From Trichinella spiralis (taxonomy: Eukaryota), in contig NW_003526943.1 in the NCBI RefSeq assembly GCF_000181795.1, forward strand, positions 7,275,566 through 7,339,565: a DNA stretch of 64,000 bases, in the 5' to 3' direction. Below the pieces are notes generated by a model. That model ran no database searches and was not told the origin of the DNA. It was given only the letters and a program-made list of their open reading frames with translations. Below are positions 39,769-52,447 of this stretch, in pieces (the first letter of the stretch is position 1; each line of letters opens with the position of its first letter). Both the position numbers and the translations under genes were made by a program.

Positions 39769-40055
39769 GGGGTGGTTTTACTCGGTCCCGCTTTTCTCTC
39801 ATTGGTCTTTGCCCACGCTATTTTATTAGACCGTCAAATCTTTGTCGTATTGGTTTTCATTTTATTTGGCCGTGAAGTCTTTGTCGTATTGGTTTTCCTT
39901 GTCTAATTGCTCAGTGAAGTCTTTGTCGCATTGATTTTTTTTGTCTAATTGCTCATTGATTCAAACTCTTCAGTTGTGATTAAGATTTGACGGTCCAATA
40001 AAATAGCGTGGGCAAAGACCAATGAGAGAAAAGCGGGACCGAGTAGTACCAAACC
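39769..40055. mobile_element. MITE with ~75-bp TIRs and internal ~40-bp tandem subrepeats; abuts the truncated 3' LTR
   Basis: GGGGTGGTTTTACTCGGTCCCGCTTTTCTCTCATTGGTCTTTGCCCACGCTATTTTATT at the left end and its reverse complement ending 40055. Internal TCTTTGTCGTATTGGTTTTC-type unit occurs three times. Confidence 0.88.
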
Positions 40056-40396
40056 GTGCAACAATTGTTTTCTCTTAATTTATTCAATTTTTGAATATCA
40101 ACAATCGTAATCGATGCAGAAATATTAAGTGATTTTGATTTTCAAAAAATCCATGCAATATAATACGGTTAGACTACTTACTTTGTTATTGTTTTGGGGG
40201 GCTTTAACGCAAACAAAGATTTTCTTTTTACCCTGCATTAAAAAGCTGTGTTTCAAAGATAATAAATGCTTTTTTATGTCCATGTAAGGTATTTTAATGG
40301 CAATGCACCCTATTTGAAAAAGGATNNNNNNNNNNTCGATGAGGTTTGCTGTTTGTATGAAAAATCCTGTTTGACGTTCATACATTTCATAAAATA

Positions 40397-40527
40397 CAGT
40401 CGAGCTTGGTTAAGTGCATAAGATTTTGGTCGAAAAAAAATCCCTGTAGTTAATTAAACGGTAAAATAATGGATAAGTGCATGGAAATTCTTTTTAAATT
40501 CCATGCTCACTTAACCAAGTTTAAATG
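40397..40527. mobile_element. Small Tc1/mariner-pogo-like MITE
   Basis: TA|CAGTCGAGCTTGGTTAAGTGCAT ... ATGCTCACTTAACCAAGTTTAAATG|TA: imperfect TIRs starting CAGT, flanked by TA. Confidence 0.6.
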
Positions 40528-41096
40528 TAATTTGAAATACAACATCAAACAGATCAGCTATATCATAGACGCTGCTTTTGATGCGGAATGTTTAAATATT
40601 TCGTAATCATTGAAATATACATTGAAAGGCTGCAAATGGAAATGAAAACAGATGGCAATTTAAGTGTTCACCAATGCACTAGTCGGTTTTGTTCAGATGT
40701 AAAAATAGCAAGTTTACAATTTACACCAAAAAAATAAATTTGTTTTTTGATTTGTAAATAATATTGCAAATTTTTAATTTTTTATTTAAATGAAATATAC
40801 GAAAGAAAACAATAACTCTGGTGAACAGGAGCAAAAGAAACAAACATTGGAAAGATTGAAAATAAAATTTGTTTGCAAACCAGAAAACTTTTCAGAGAAC
40901 AAGCCAACAAAATCAGAAAAGTATTTCAATGCTAACAAAAATTAGCAATTGCCAGTCCTAATTTTAACTCAAACTGCAGATGTAGACAATTAATCACTTG
41001 TTGACTTCCTCATTGTATTACAATCGCATTAAGCTACTCTTCAGAACATTTTTTGACAATTAGAAAAGCATATAAATTAGCATTATTATTACAATT

Positions 41097-42463
41097 AGCA
41101 GGGCATATAAATTAAAACGTGCCGGCAAACAGAAATATTGGAATGCTCGAAACTATGTGCTAAATGTGGTGTGTTTCCTTAGTTATTTATTAAGGGTTAG
41201 TTTATTTTGGTACAAGATAAAAAAGGCTGCGGTGGTGTTATATGGACAAACCTTGAAGCAAACAGAATGATCACATCGAAAGCTGCCCGGCGGATGAGCA
41301 CTTGGCATACAAAATGGAAAAGAAGACGCTTTTGAAAAAGCGAAGCGCAGAAGAAACAAAACCCATCCCAGCCATTTATGATGAGGAAGCTTCCGCCGAG
41401 TCCGCCGAGCCATTCACATCTGGCTATTTTCCGCTCTTTAAACGGGTAAAGTCCACGATGTACAGCCACCGGGCAAAGCGATATCCAAAACTGCCCAATC
41501 ATCGTCGGGACCTGCAAATCCTTGTCCCGTTCAGGACAACGAAGGCCGGAGAAGATTTTTTATTGTGGCAGTGTGCATCGAGGCATATACTGGTATTTGC
41601 TACGGGTTACAACATTAGACTGCTGGCAGCCATGCGAACCTGGAGCATGGATAGTACTTTCAAGGTTGTACCACAATGGTATCAACAACTGTTTACCATC
41701 CATGCCTTTGTGGCGGGTAAGCTGGTGCCAGCAGTCTACTGTGATGTACGGGTAAAGATACTAAAAAATACGGGTTTATTTTCCAAGCTTTAATAAACAA
41801 AGCGGCAGCCTTCGGGGTCAATCTCAATCCTACAATAATTTGTGATTTTGAAATAGCCCTGATACCCACGATTCAGGGCTCCTTCCCGAATACGCGGGTA
41901 CAGGGCTGCTGCTTCCACTTCTGCCAGGCGGTACATAGGAAAGTCGGTGAGATGGGACTGAAAACACCATATCGAACGGAAGAAGGAACAAGAAAGATAA
42001 GAATGCTCCTGTCCACCGCTTTCCTCCCTGTACCGCAAGTTGATACGGGTGTTAGCCTGCTTGAAGCAGGCACTACGGCTACATTAGCCGCTTTATTTCA
42101 ATATTTTCGGCAGGAGTGGATGACCGATGAAAGACTGCCACTTTGGAATGTACATAATGTAAATATCAGAACCAATAACGACTTGGAAGGTTAGGACAAT
42201 CGGCTCAACAGAAAAGCGGCTAAAAGTCATAACGGGTTGTATGAACTGCTCCAGATCCTGATAGCAGAATAGGGTGTGATGGACACCCAGATTCGACAAG
42301 TGCTATCAGGAAACGCTACCGTTTGCAACTTAAGACGGGTAAACAAGGTTTATGCTGAAAAGCAACAACGAGTTGCCCAATATACGGGTGAATACACCAA
42401 CGGTAGTCGTACCCCGAGCAGTTCCTTGAAGCATTAATGTACATAACGCCGGAGCCGATTTAA
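41097..42463 (+). mobile_element. Mutator-like (MULE) transposase pseudogene
   Basis: WSMDSTFKVVPQWYQQLFTIHAFVAGKLVPAVYC, IICDFEIALIP..QGSFPNTRVQGCCFHFCQAV, IRTNNDLEG*. Frameshifts and stops. Confidence 0.9.
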
Positions 42464-43224
42464 TGCCGCCTTCCAAGTGGTGGTTTGTATTTTATTGCTG
42501 TGTTGTATTGTATTGTATTGTATTATTTAGTTTCTTGCTTTTTCGTTGTTTCCACTTTGTTAATGCTGTTCAGTGTTGTTTATTATTGTTGTTGTTAGTG
42601 CTGTTGGCTAGTGAGAAATAAAAATCACTATTAACTTTTTTGTATGTCTTGCTTCTGCGGAAATATATGAAACTGAATTAAACCAATTTTTGCTTTTTCC
42701 ATTCTTTTCGGAGCTCCTGGAGCACCATCTGTGTGAGTATCGAAAACTGTTCCATTTACCATGTATCAGTCTTCAATATAACCTCTTATAATAAAAATCA
42801 CACTGAATGACCTTATTGCTTAAAGTTTCATTTGTTTGGAATAATCCATTATTAGACCACTTTGATACATTCAGAGATGCATTATCNNNNNNNNNNTGAA
42901 TTGTAAGTAACCAAGTAATTTATTTGATGAGAGAAACAACTGTTTAGTTGACATCGTTTTGAATAGTACTTATGCGGTCGGGTAGAAAAAATGTAAATTT
43001 CTTTGAAGATGCCAACGGAAAAGGCGCTATGCTTGCACCAAACAGAAAAACTGTTAAAGCTTCTTCATTTCACAAGGCAGTCGAAATGACATCCTTGGAA
43101 ATCCACAGCAGTGGTGCGCCAATTGTGTACAATCCACTTCCGTCTGTCCACATGTGTACAATGTTCCGCATGAAGAAAGGATAATTGGCGCAACAACCAA
43201 TATTGCATATCAACGAAACGATCC

Positions 43225-44040
43225 GTTTGCTCTAATTTCCTGATGTTATTAGTAAATGGTTAGCTGCTAAAGAAGCAAATAAAAATAAATAGTAGCTCAC
43301 GTGTTAACATTCGCAGGCTGCTGCTACCCTTATACATCTTAAAATTACATTAACTGTTGGTGGAGATACAGCCTAAGACGCGTGATCTGTTACCTCTCCA
43401 ATTAGCCTAAAATTCACCGATACGAGGTGTTGGAATCGTACTGTAGTTGCAGTAATCCCATGACGGTAGAACTAAATTCACTGTATCCACAGGGTATAAG
43501 TGCAATGAATTGGTGTGGGAGATGGATTTCTAAGCCTTGCAGCAGAGTCACTGTCCATCTTTTAGATATCTGGCAGTGTGGTGCATATTTGTAATTTGGC
43601 GCTTTAATGATAATAAAATAATTCTGAAATTCATAAAACAAGAGTATATTAAAACCTGAATAAAATGCTCAATCATTGCATCAAGCAAACCATGCAACGA
43701 ATTGGGCATGTTGCGCAGTTACCGCATTTGTTTCATATTTTTCATCTTTAACGGATGTTATTCATATAAATAAATAACAATTTTTTACTCATGACAGCAA
43801 AAAATAACAATTAACGTTTTGTTCAAAACATGATTTTTGTGCTTCGATAACCAATGCAAACAATGAGTTTGCAGTTATTTCCGGATGTTATTACTAAACG
43901 TTAACTGCTGAAGAAGCAATTTAAAATAATCATTCCCTTGTCAACATTGGAACATTTCTCTTATATATTTGTAAAAAAACATTAGCCATGGGTACAGATA
44001 CGGCCGAATGCACGTCATCTGATACCGGTTGAATTAGTAA
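43225..44040. repeat. Diverged direct duplication (~190 bp at ~43225-43410 and ~43865-44040)
   Basis: Collinear blocks TTTCC.GATGTTATTA.TAAA..GTTA.CTGCT.AAGAAGCAA, GT.AACATT and AGATAC.GCC..A..C.CGT.ATCTG.TACC occur in both copies. Confidence 0.6.
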
Positions 44041-44076
44041 TATGAGCACCCCACGTGAAGAGGTCGNNNNNNNNNN

Positions 44077-45800
44077 GTCCTCTTAACGTGGGTTCTTCCG
44101 AAGCTGAAGTTTCAGTTGTTGAAGTTGCTTCGCGTCTAGCGGTAGAAGGCCTGAGGTTGTGCAACGTCTCCGGTGGCTCGATCCTGGTTCTTTGGCTGTT
44201 TTAGTCGTCTTGTCAACGTTCCGCGTGATTGATTGTGAACACAAACCACGCCATTCTCATTCACCACTTTCGAAGACGAAGAATTGGAAGGTCCTTGCTT
44301 TGAACTGTCGTCGGACGAAAGCTGCGAATGACTACTGTGCGCACTGATTTTATCCTCACCGCCAGTACACCCATAAACAACCGTAGCTGAAATGAATAAA
44401 ATAAAAATTTTTAATTATACAAAATATTCTTCAAAACTTTTTTTCTCACATGAATATATCAGCGCTGGAAATATTGGCTCCTCTCTTTCTTGAGCCATTT
44501 CAACAAGCATACGCAACGGACCACGTGGGCAGAGCACGGCGACCAGATCCCAAAATGAAATGCAAACCAATACTGCCCAAGTAGTCCAATCTGGTAAGAA
44601 CTTGATGAAAATCAAAGCTAGCAATGCAGACACCATGATCAAGTAGGCTTGTTGCAAGCGCAACGGTGCTTTCCAATGAATACTGATCAGTCCAACCACT
44701 GCGTAGTTCCACATGGCAAAAGTAACGGTCACATAATCAATGGGAATGTTGAATGTGAAAAACACTTGCCTAAAATGAGCTGGTAAAAAATTGCAAAAAA
44801 GAACCGTAAACAAAGTTATAAGATATTATAAGTTACCGTAAAAAAATTAAAGAAAACATCGACAGCATAATGAGGCTAGAAAACAGCAGCCATCCGTGTA
44901 TAAACTAAAGAATAATAATTAAACATTTCATTTAACTATATTACATCACAGACCAAAATACAAAAATAAGCAATGTGGGTTGCATTATCGAGTTTACTCG
45001 TGAATTTTTTGAAACTGAAATTGAGAACATTAAAACTAAAAACTAAAAGCCATAAAAAATACACCTTAATTTTCTTTTCCAGACTAGTCTTACTGTAAAT
45101 TTGTATAAACATAGTAAGTAGCTGCGAAATTTGATGCAATTGTTTTCTGATCTCTTATGATTAAAAGCTGGAAAAATTTATAAAATAAATATAATAATGC
45201 AAAAACTTTCACCGAAGAAAGACTATAAAAATGTAATATACTGAAAATATTTGCAACTGAAATATAAAATTAATTTTAAAATCTTCCTCACAAAGAATGC
45301 CATACTATGCCGTTGTAGAGACAACATACTACTATAAACTGAATTACACAAAAACAAAATGATGGGCGGAGTAAACTTACCCGATAAAAGCGATACTTGT
45401 ATAGAAGAATCAAGAATAGTGTCATGACTATGATGACGCACAGCATTATGCCGGCGTTGGCCAACGACTCCCAAACAATAGTACCAACATCTTCAGTGTC
45501 ACTGTGGAATGGAGCATAGATTCTTAAAAATTGCAAACTCAATAAATGAACAATGATCACAAACTGTAAATTAATTTACAAGTAAATATCTTTTGTTCGA
45601 TAATAGCCGACAGTGTTCATGGTGGCAATAACGACAAGCATGCACAGAGATACCGGTGTGATCAGCATAATAACGTGCTCAGCTCCGTATTTCAAATCAA
45701 TCCGATTCTGCTCTGCGGTTTGTTCGGCCGCGAGAGCCTCGTCTGGGTCATTCATATCACATGTCAACGAATGATGAAAAGTCGCTTGTTCACCCGCCAT
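44077..45800 (-). CDS. PSEN: Presenilin (sel-12/PSEN-like), N-terminal TM1-6 and start of loop; interrupted by assembly gap
   Basis: [106 protein letters not shown]. The GxGD/PAL exons are not seen. Confidence 0.92.
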
Positions 45801-47946
45801 TGTCGAAATAAAATCAAGCCAAACTTAGAAAATACATAAATACATTTGAGATATGAAAGATTTTAAAACACTAATGAAGTTAACATTTATTTTTAAGCAT
45901 GCAAAAATAGAAAGAAAGCATACACTTCACAGAAGAGAACATCAAACATTAAATTAGCGCAATTCAAGATTATTCAAATATGAATAAACAATTTATATTA
46001 ATTAATTATATGAAACTGACATTTCGAGAGAAAAAATGAAAAATGAAAACTTAAAGTAAAACAAAAAGGAAACAACAACAATGGGTAAGAAATGAAGAAA
46101 ACTTTACATTATAATGATAATAATGGAATGAAAACAATAAAATAAACTACCTGCTACGAGCTCAAAAAGATTATTATAAAATGAGCGTCAACGAAGCAAT
46201 GTAATTTACGCCCCACTATAGTATGAAAAAATGATTAACAGGATGTTTCCTACAGTATGAAAAATGTTCTAATTTAGACGGTCAAATCTACGTAACAGTA
46301 GTTATAAATAAGTGTAATGAATGATAAAACCCTACAAAATTAAATTTATTTTTATTTTTTACCAGTTAAAGAAAATTTTTTGATGCTTTTTTTGTAGCAA
46401 AGGCAGGGAACAGTTGCCACACTTGGCTTTCTAACAACCAGGTTCCAAGATTGACTGTAATTCTCATAGCTAAATTCGTTCTTCTATCGAATCGCGCGCC
46501 TCATTGATCTTTTATCTTCTGCAGTAAACAGGCCAGTGTCAGAATTAGTCGTAGTCACAAAAATTTACTACTTCGTAAGATTCTCTGCATAAACAGAAGC
46601 AGTTCTGTAATGTATCGTAATCTTAAGCGATCAACATATCTACAAAAGAACGCGCAGGAACATGATTACAGTAGTGTCACGTCACCAGTGTCCGTGCGTA
46701 GCTGTTTTCCGCGTTCGCTCTGTGTGCATTGTTTTCCCTGTGTGTGCGTCATCTTTGTGTGTAATCTATTGCGCGTTATGCATTAGCTTGGTATTGTGTT
46801 GCCATTACAAGTAAAGTCTCTATATACTTAATCAGTTCTCATACACAACAAGTTCATTCACGAGAATGCATCGGATGGTTGGTCAACACCAATAAAAATC
46901 AAAAACAGTTCCTTCTCTGTCAGATATTCTTCTCGGCAGCACTTCGGCCTTTTTCTCTGAATTTTGTTCTTGCCCCTTCTTTTCGTTGCTTCTTCAGGGG
47001 ACTCCTTCCTATGGGGTGTTCTGCCAACAGTCACGTGGTCTTCTGTGCAATAGAGACGGATGTACTTCCTTTGTTTTATATCTTCCCGGAATACGGCTGT
47101 CTCAACAACGTGGCTCCAACTCGTGGTTTATCAAGCACCTGTTTCTCTACAACTGCCGATTGTAATGGACAGGAGAAAGAGTTTATCAGGGTTTGACGTC
47201 CTGTTGTTGTGCTTCTCCCAGGAAACTGGTCTGGGAGGAGTTTGCTAACGTTATATTTTTAACATTCTCAAATTAATCAACCTGAAGTATCAACCAAAAT
47301 TGAAAAGGAGGTAACATTAAAAATTTATCGCTTTCATTGTTCTGGTATAAATCTGTAAAATGGCTGATAAACATGAATGTGGTAGAACATATTTATCATA
47401 ACTTGCTTATTAATAGTCTGAGGATATTATTCATTCATAGTGTACGTTTTGTAAATGTTTCACTTTGGAAAATTTCACAATTTTTATCGCCAAGCAAAGC
47501 ACGCTCGAATTAACAGATTTGTTGATTATCAAGTAAAAGTTGTTGTTGTATAGAATAAAATTTTTACTCAACAATTAATTTGGTTGAATAAATTAAAGCT
47601 TTTGATAAATTGAAATTGAATCTCATCAAGTTTTTTGTTCGCTTCTTTGCGAAATTGAAGCATTTCAAACAAACGAACATGAAGCATATGAATTTTTTCA
47701 TCGTTTGGTCAATCAGTTAGTTAGTTCAATTTCAAAAAAAATCTTTTCATCGATAACCAACAGCAATTACAAACCTCACTTCCACTAACTGCCTAATAAG
47801 TCTCCAGCTAATGTATTTTTTGCAAAACAGAGAACTTGTTGAAGGGGAAGAAAACATGTAATGTTCGTCATCAATTTAAAATATGTTCAAAGGTGAAAAC
47901 GAAAAAAAAAACATACCAACCATCTTTAATCAAAATTTTTAATCGA

Positions 47947-47947
<1 letters not shown>

Positions 47948-47981
<34 letters not shown>
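47948..47981. repeat. (AAT)n microsatellite
   Basis: About 11 tandem TAA units just past the TELO2 stop codon. Confidence 0.9.
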
Positions 47982-48011
47982 CAGATGAGAATCGATACTG
48001 TTAGAAATTGT

Positions 48012-49505
48012 TCAACTGCAAGTGAAAATCTGGTCGGCCATGCGCAGTATTGCTTGATTCCACGTATTCAACGTAAGCTCAGCCAATTGACGGCAATTCG
48101 GATCCAAATCTCCAGTGCGCACCCGTTCCAGCCAATCAACGCGTTCCCGTAAGTTCTGCTCTCCCAAATCTGCAAACAACAATTCAACAGGCAGTCGACT
48201 TAGCACCGCTAAAAAGGCAAACAACAAGCCGGCTCGAACCAGCGGCTCTTCGTGATTACAGTGTTCAGGCCAGCCGACAGTGATCGTCAACTTCGCCATA
48301 GAACGTAGCTGTGCCGAATGACCAGCGGCCAGAAGAAGCGTGGCCAACGTGTGCACGAACACTCCAAGAACCAACGGCTCTCGCAGTGCCGTACTGTTCA
48401 CAGTATGACGACGGTCGATCAGCATGTCGAAAATGCCGGCCGCAATACTGGCAAATCGATTCACACGGCAGCGGTCCGCTGATTGGTCATCATACTTCTG
48501 ACGTCGAACGGTCTTCGCTTCGATTCGTTGCTGTAACACTGCTCGCCAACCGTCACGCACCCATTGTTCCGGTGCTAAAGCTCCGGATTTCAGCAAACTG
48601 TTTTCCACATGCTTCTGTTGTTGTTTAGTATTGTTATTTGCATCTCGAGACAACAATTCCGCCGCGGTGCACAACACACGCAGCACTTCGACGCGCATGC
48701 CAACGGTAAGTGCGCGAGAATAAAATTCTTGGCACAAATAGGCGGCCACGTTCAGAGGATCAGAAATCACGCAGCCGACCAAACATTTTACCCTGAGTTG
48801 GTCGTGCAATTGTTGCGCGAATTTGTTCTCCAAATGCAAAAGCACCTTTGCCACGTGGCCAGCCAACTCGCCAACGCCCGGCGTAGAGCGTTCTTTGAAC
48901 AGAACTTTTTCCAACGAAAGCAACGCCATCTCGAAACAATCGTAATCATCACTTTCCACACACAACAACTGTTCCAAACAATCTTCGATGTAAGACAACT
49001 GAGATGACTGTCCTTTCCTGCGACGCATCAACTGCTCATCTTCCTCCAACTGATAATGATCAGTCATTGTTTCTGAATTGTCTTCATCTTCGTCATCATC
49101 ACTATCCCGTAGATTTATCTGCAAATAATGTTCTTCTTAGGGCAAAAAATAAGATTAAAAAATGATTATTAAGAAATTTTAAACAATAAATTATTTTCAT
49201 CTCAACCTGAATCGGTATCTTCTCATCAGTTGAATCAACTGACAGCACTGTGAAATCGGACAAAATATCCTCTGCCGATTCTTGTTCAGACAATGGCAAT
49301 TCATCTTCCAACATTGCGCGCAACGATGCGACGAAATCGTCCTCTTCATAATTGAATTTCACATCCTCGACGGGCATTTTCAACATGCTAACCAAAGCTT
49401 CGCCAACCACCATGCCTAACTGTTGCACATTCGACGACAATCCGCCAAGATGATTGTACATCCCCTGTAAGAACAAACTGTGATAACAACAACAACAACA
49501 ACAAC

Positions 49506-49543
<38 letters not shown>

Positions 49544-50717
49544 GCAAGAATGAAAGAATTTAAAAAAAAATCACATCTAGAACAAAAGGTGCTGCTTGAT
49601 TTTCCAACTCTTCCATCCAGTGACGACGTACCAACTCTTTGGCAGTGAGCAAAAGTGTCTGAGCAACGTAGCGCTGCTGCTGTACGGTAGTGTTGACGAT
49701 GCTCGATCTGAAAGACCAGTTTTGCAAGCTGAGCAAAAAAATCTCCTGCAACAGAACCTTCTCCTGTTCACCACCGACCAATTTCAAATAACCAATCACC
49801 AGTCTTGGTACGGTGGCCGTGTCGAAATGGCTGGTAAAAAGCAGACTGCGACTGAGCACGAACCGTGCCTGGTCGTCGACCACACCGAAATCGTCGACCA
49901 ACGTGTGCAAATCAGACGCCGACTTGAGTAGCAATATCAAATCAGTGAACAACTGTTTCACCGCATCGGCTGGACAAGCTCGAAATAGCTGGTCGAACCA
50001 CACCCTCCGCCCTCGGCGCCGCGCGTTTCTTGCCCTGCGCAACGCGAACGGCAACAACGCTTCGAGCAAGCGACGCTGCCGGCCAGTCAGGCAAGCTTTG
50101 CCCAGCAGGGCGCCGTGAAAGCTCATCTCCAACTCTGATGTGTTGACCACCGCCCCGGTCAACTGGTCGTCAATTTGTCCCAACGAGCGCACGTAGGCTG
50201 AACAAAAATTATTCCAATAGACAGTGAGGCGCTTTTTCGCCTCGCGCGGCTTCAACAAGCCGACCAGGCGATCCGGGATGGCGAACAACGCCTGACAAAG
50301 TTGCCCTTGCATAGACCGGTCGCAGGGTCTGTGTCCGTCGTCCGCATTGGCCATCGAAGTGAACAACTGGTCGAGCTTGTGTTGGCAAAATCGTTCCACA
50401 ATCAGGACGAACTTGGGAACCACGAACGGCGAAATTCTGTCCGGCGGTTTCGAAAGGAGAAGAACCACGTCGGCCGGATTGGCGCGCAAAAAAATTGAAT
50501 AGAACAACTCGTCCTGTTCAACGGGAAGCAGCATGTTGAACGTTGACGGCTTCAACGTCTGGAGCAGAACTTCACCGACGCGAAAAAAAGAACCAAAATT
50601 TTGATTTTCAACGACATAATTGCCAATATCCAACAAACACGAACGCAATTCCAACCGACTACTGGCGGACAGCAGACGTTTCAGCAGTGTCGTTGTCGTC
50701 GACTTGCATTCAGACAT
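48012..50717 (-). CDS. TELO2: Telomere length regulation protein TEL2 homolog (clk-2), 3 exons
   Basis: Exons ~50717-49576, 49464-49207 and 49118-48012. QQRYVAQTLLL, GMYNHL..VQQLGMVVGEAL, CK2-type DSDDD motif, VLLHLENKF, YLCQEFYS..LTVGMRVEVL..AAELLS, QRIEAKT, NRFASIAAGIF. Confidence 0.85.
49484..49542. repeat. Compound (AAC)n(AAT)n microsatellite in TELO2 intron 1
   Basis: Directly visible tandem array. Confidence 0.9.
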
Positions 50718-52447
50718 AGCCTTTCTTGAAACAAAATTTGTTTTTTAAAAAAAGGTCCAATCATACACGAATTATTAATAATAAATATTGTTTGCACAAA
50801 ATTGAACAGCATAACAAGATTGAAATTTTTCACGTCATTCAGATGAAGAAAGTAATTTAAACCAAAATTTGAAATTTGAACCTTTTAAATTTGAAATAAA
50901 TTCAAGCAGAATAATAATATTGAACAGAAAGGATTTCCTCTTTACTAATAAATGAATCAAAGTCAAACAACCAATTATTATTATTATTATTATTATTAGA
51001 AATTCAACTTGTGAACAAGCTGAACAACAGATAAACAACATCAACAAAATTATACACTTTTTGAATAATAAAAAATTTTCAAATCGAAACATATTTATTC
51101 CATGCTGACACTGAAATGTTGACGGTGCAAGGTTAACAATTGGCAAATTTGTACTTTGAAACTGTAATAAATATTAATGACAGTCAAAGAAGAAGAAGCA
51201 CAACTGTTGCATTTCACTGCAACAAAATGGTTAATTTTCAAAATGACAAAACAATAAAAAATTAAAACAAATGCATTGAATTAAAACAAAATTATAAATG
51301 TTTCAATCAGCTTCAGCTCCAATTAATCAATCATTTAAAACCAATTACACGCAATTTTCCTATTCCTAAAAAGAGCGAGAGAACACATTCCCCCCCCCCT
51401 CCACACACGTGTAATCATCATTTTTGAAACATCATACAAATTAGGATAAAAATTGCAAGTACGAACTTAATGGATAAATAAAAGTTACAACACAGTTCTT
51501 TGGGATAATATCGCTTGTATCGACTAAAAATTGCAATTTCAAATGTCAACGGTTGAAAATCAATAAATAACTGGTAAACTGAATCAATTCACTTCAGTGC
51601 GTGTCATATTTCGAAATCACTAATAATATGAATTAATGGCCGTATTCAAGTTTCAGTTGTTTCTATGAATTATTTCTAACTTTCATCCGCGAAACTTTCG
51701 ACAAAATTACTGCAAATTGATAAGCTCTATAAATAAACAAATAATTGCATAGAGAAGAGAAAAATATTATTATGTATTACTATTATTATTTTAATTTATT
51801 TGAAATCATACTTTTGCTTTAGATAGAAATCATTATGAAAAATGAATGACCGTTTATTGTTGATAAAAATGCCGCGAAATAAATCAAGTAAATTAAAAAA
51901 AAATTTCCTCTGCAACAATAAATAATAATAACAAGTTATAAAATACCCAAAATAATATAAATAATTATTGAGGCAAATTTCAATAGTTAATATTATTAAT
52001 GTAATAGTTTCATAATAAATTTGTTAAAGTTTAAAAAATATATCGAGAAATATATATATATATCGTTTCGCTCTTTTTTCTTCACCAACCGACAACCGTT
52101 GATGACGAACGACAAGCTTCATTGTTGACATGCTTTACCATAGCAACGAGCAGAGAGAAGGTGGACAAAATGCACAAGGACAGAGTTGAATGTTTAAGAT
52201 TGTAAAGTAGATGCACGCAGAGCAGCGGAGTTGCACAAAGCCACAGTCACAGGCACAGCCACAGTGACGGATGGAAGCGCGCAAATTGGATCGATGAAGC
52301 GACGGTGCCCACGGTCTGCTTCACGCATCCAGTGAAAGAAAATAAGCCGACGTTGGAATTGGCCAAATGTTATTGTCTCCGCTCTGGCCAGTCTGTTAAC
52401 ACGCCAAATGCGACCGCCCAATTGCAGGAGATGAGCCGTCTGGTCAG

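Larger units (their letters stand above)
40326..44076. other. Region with three assembly gaps (N x10 at 40326-40335, 42887-42896, 44067-44076)
   Basis: Runs of n in the sequence. True gap sizes and the contig order are unknown. Confidence 0.99.

Noticed and set aside
39838..39960. CRISPR-like repeat array
   Set aside because: Tandem subrepeats without unique spacers inside a MITE; eukaryotic context, no cas genes.
46500..47250. GC-elevated stretch with short ORFs and LTR-like character
   Set aside because: Probably a TE relic, but no recognisable domain, paired repeat or TSD could be defined.
48012..50717. TELO2's long GC-richer exons as a second retrocopy
   Set aside because: It has two clear GT-AG introns and no TE flanks. 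It does show that exons over 1 kb occur here, so lack of introns alone is not proof for PFK.
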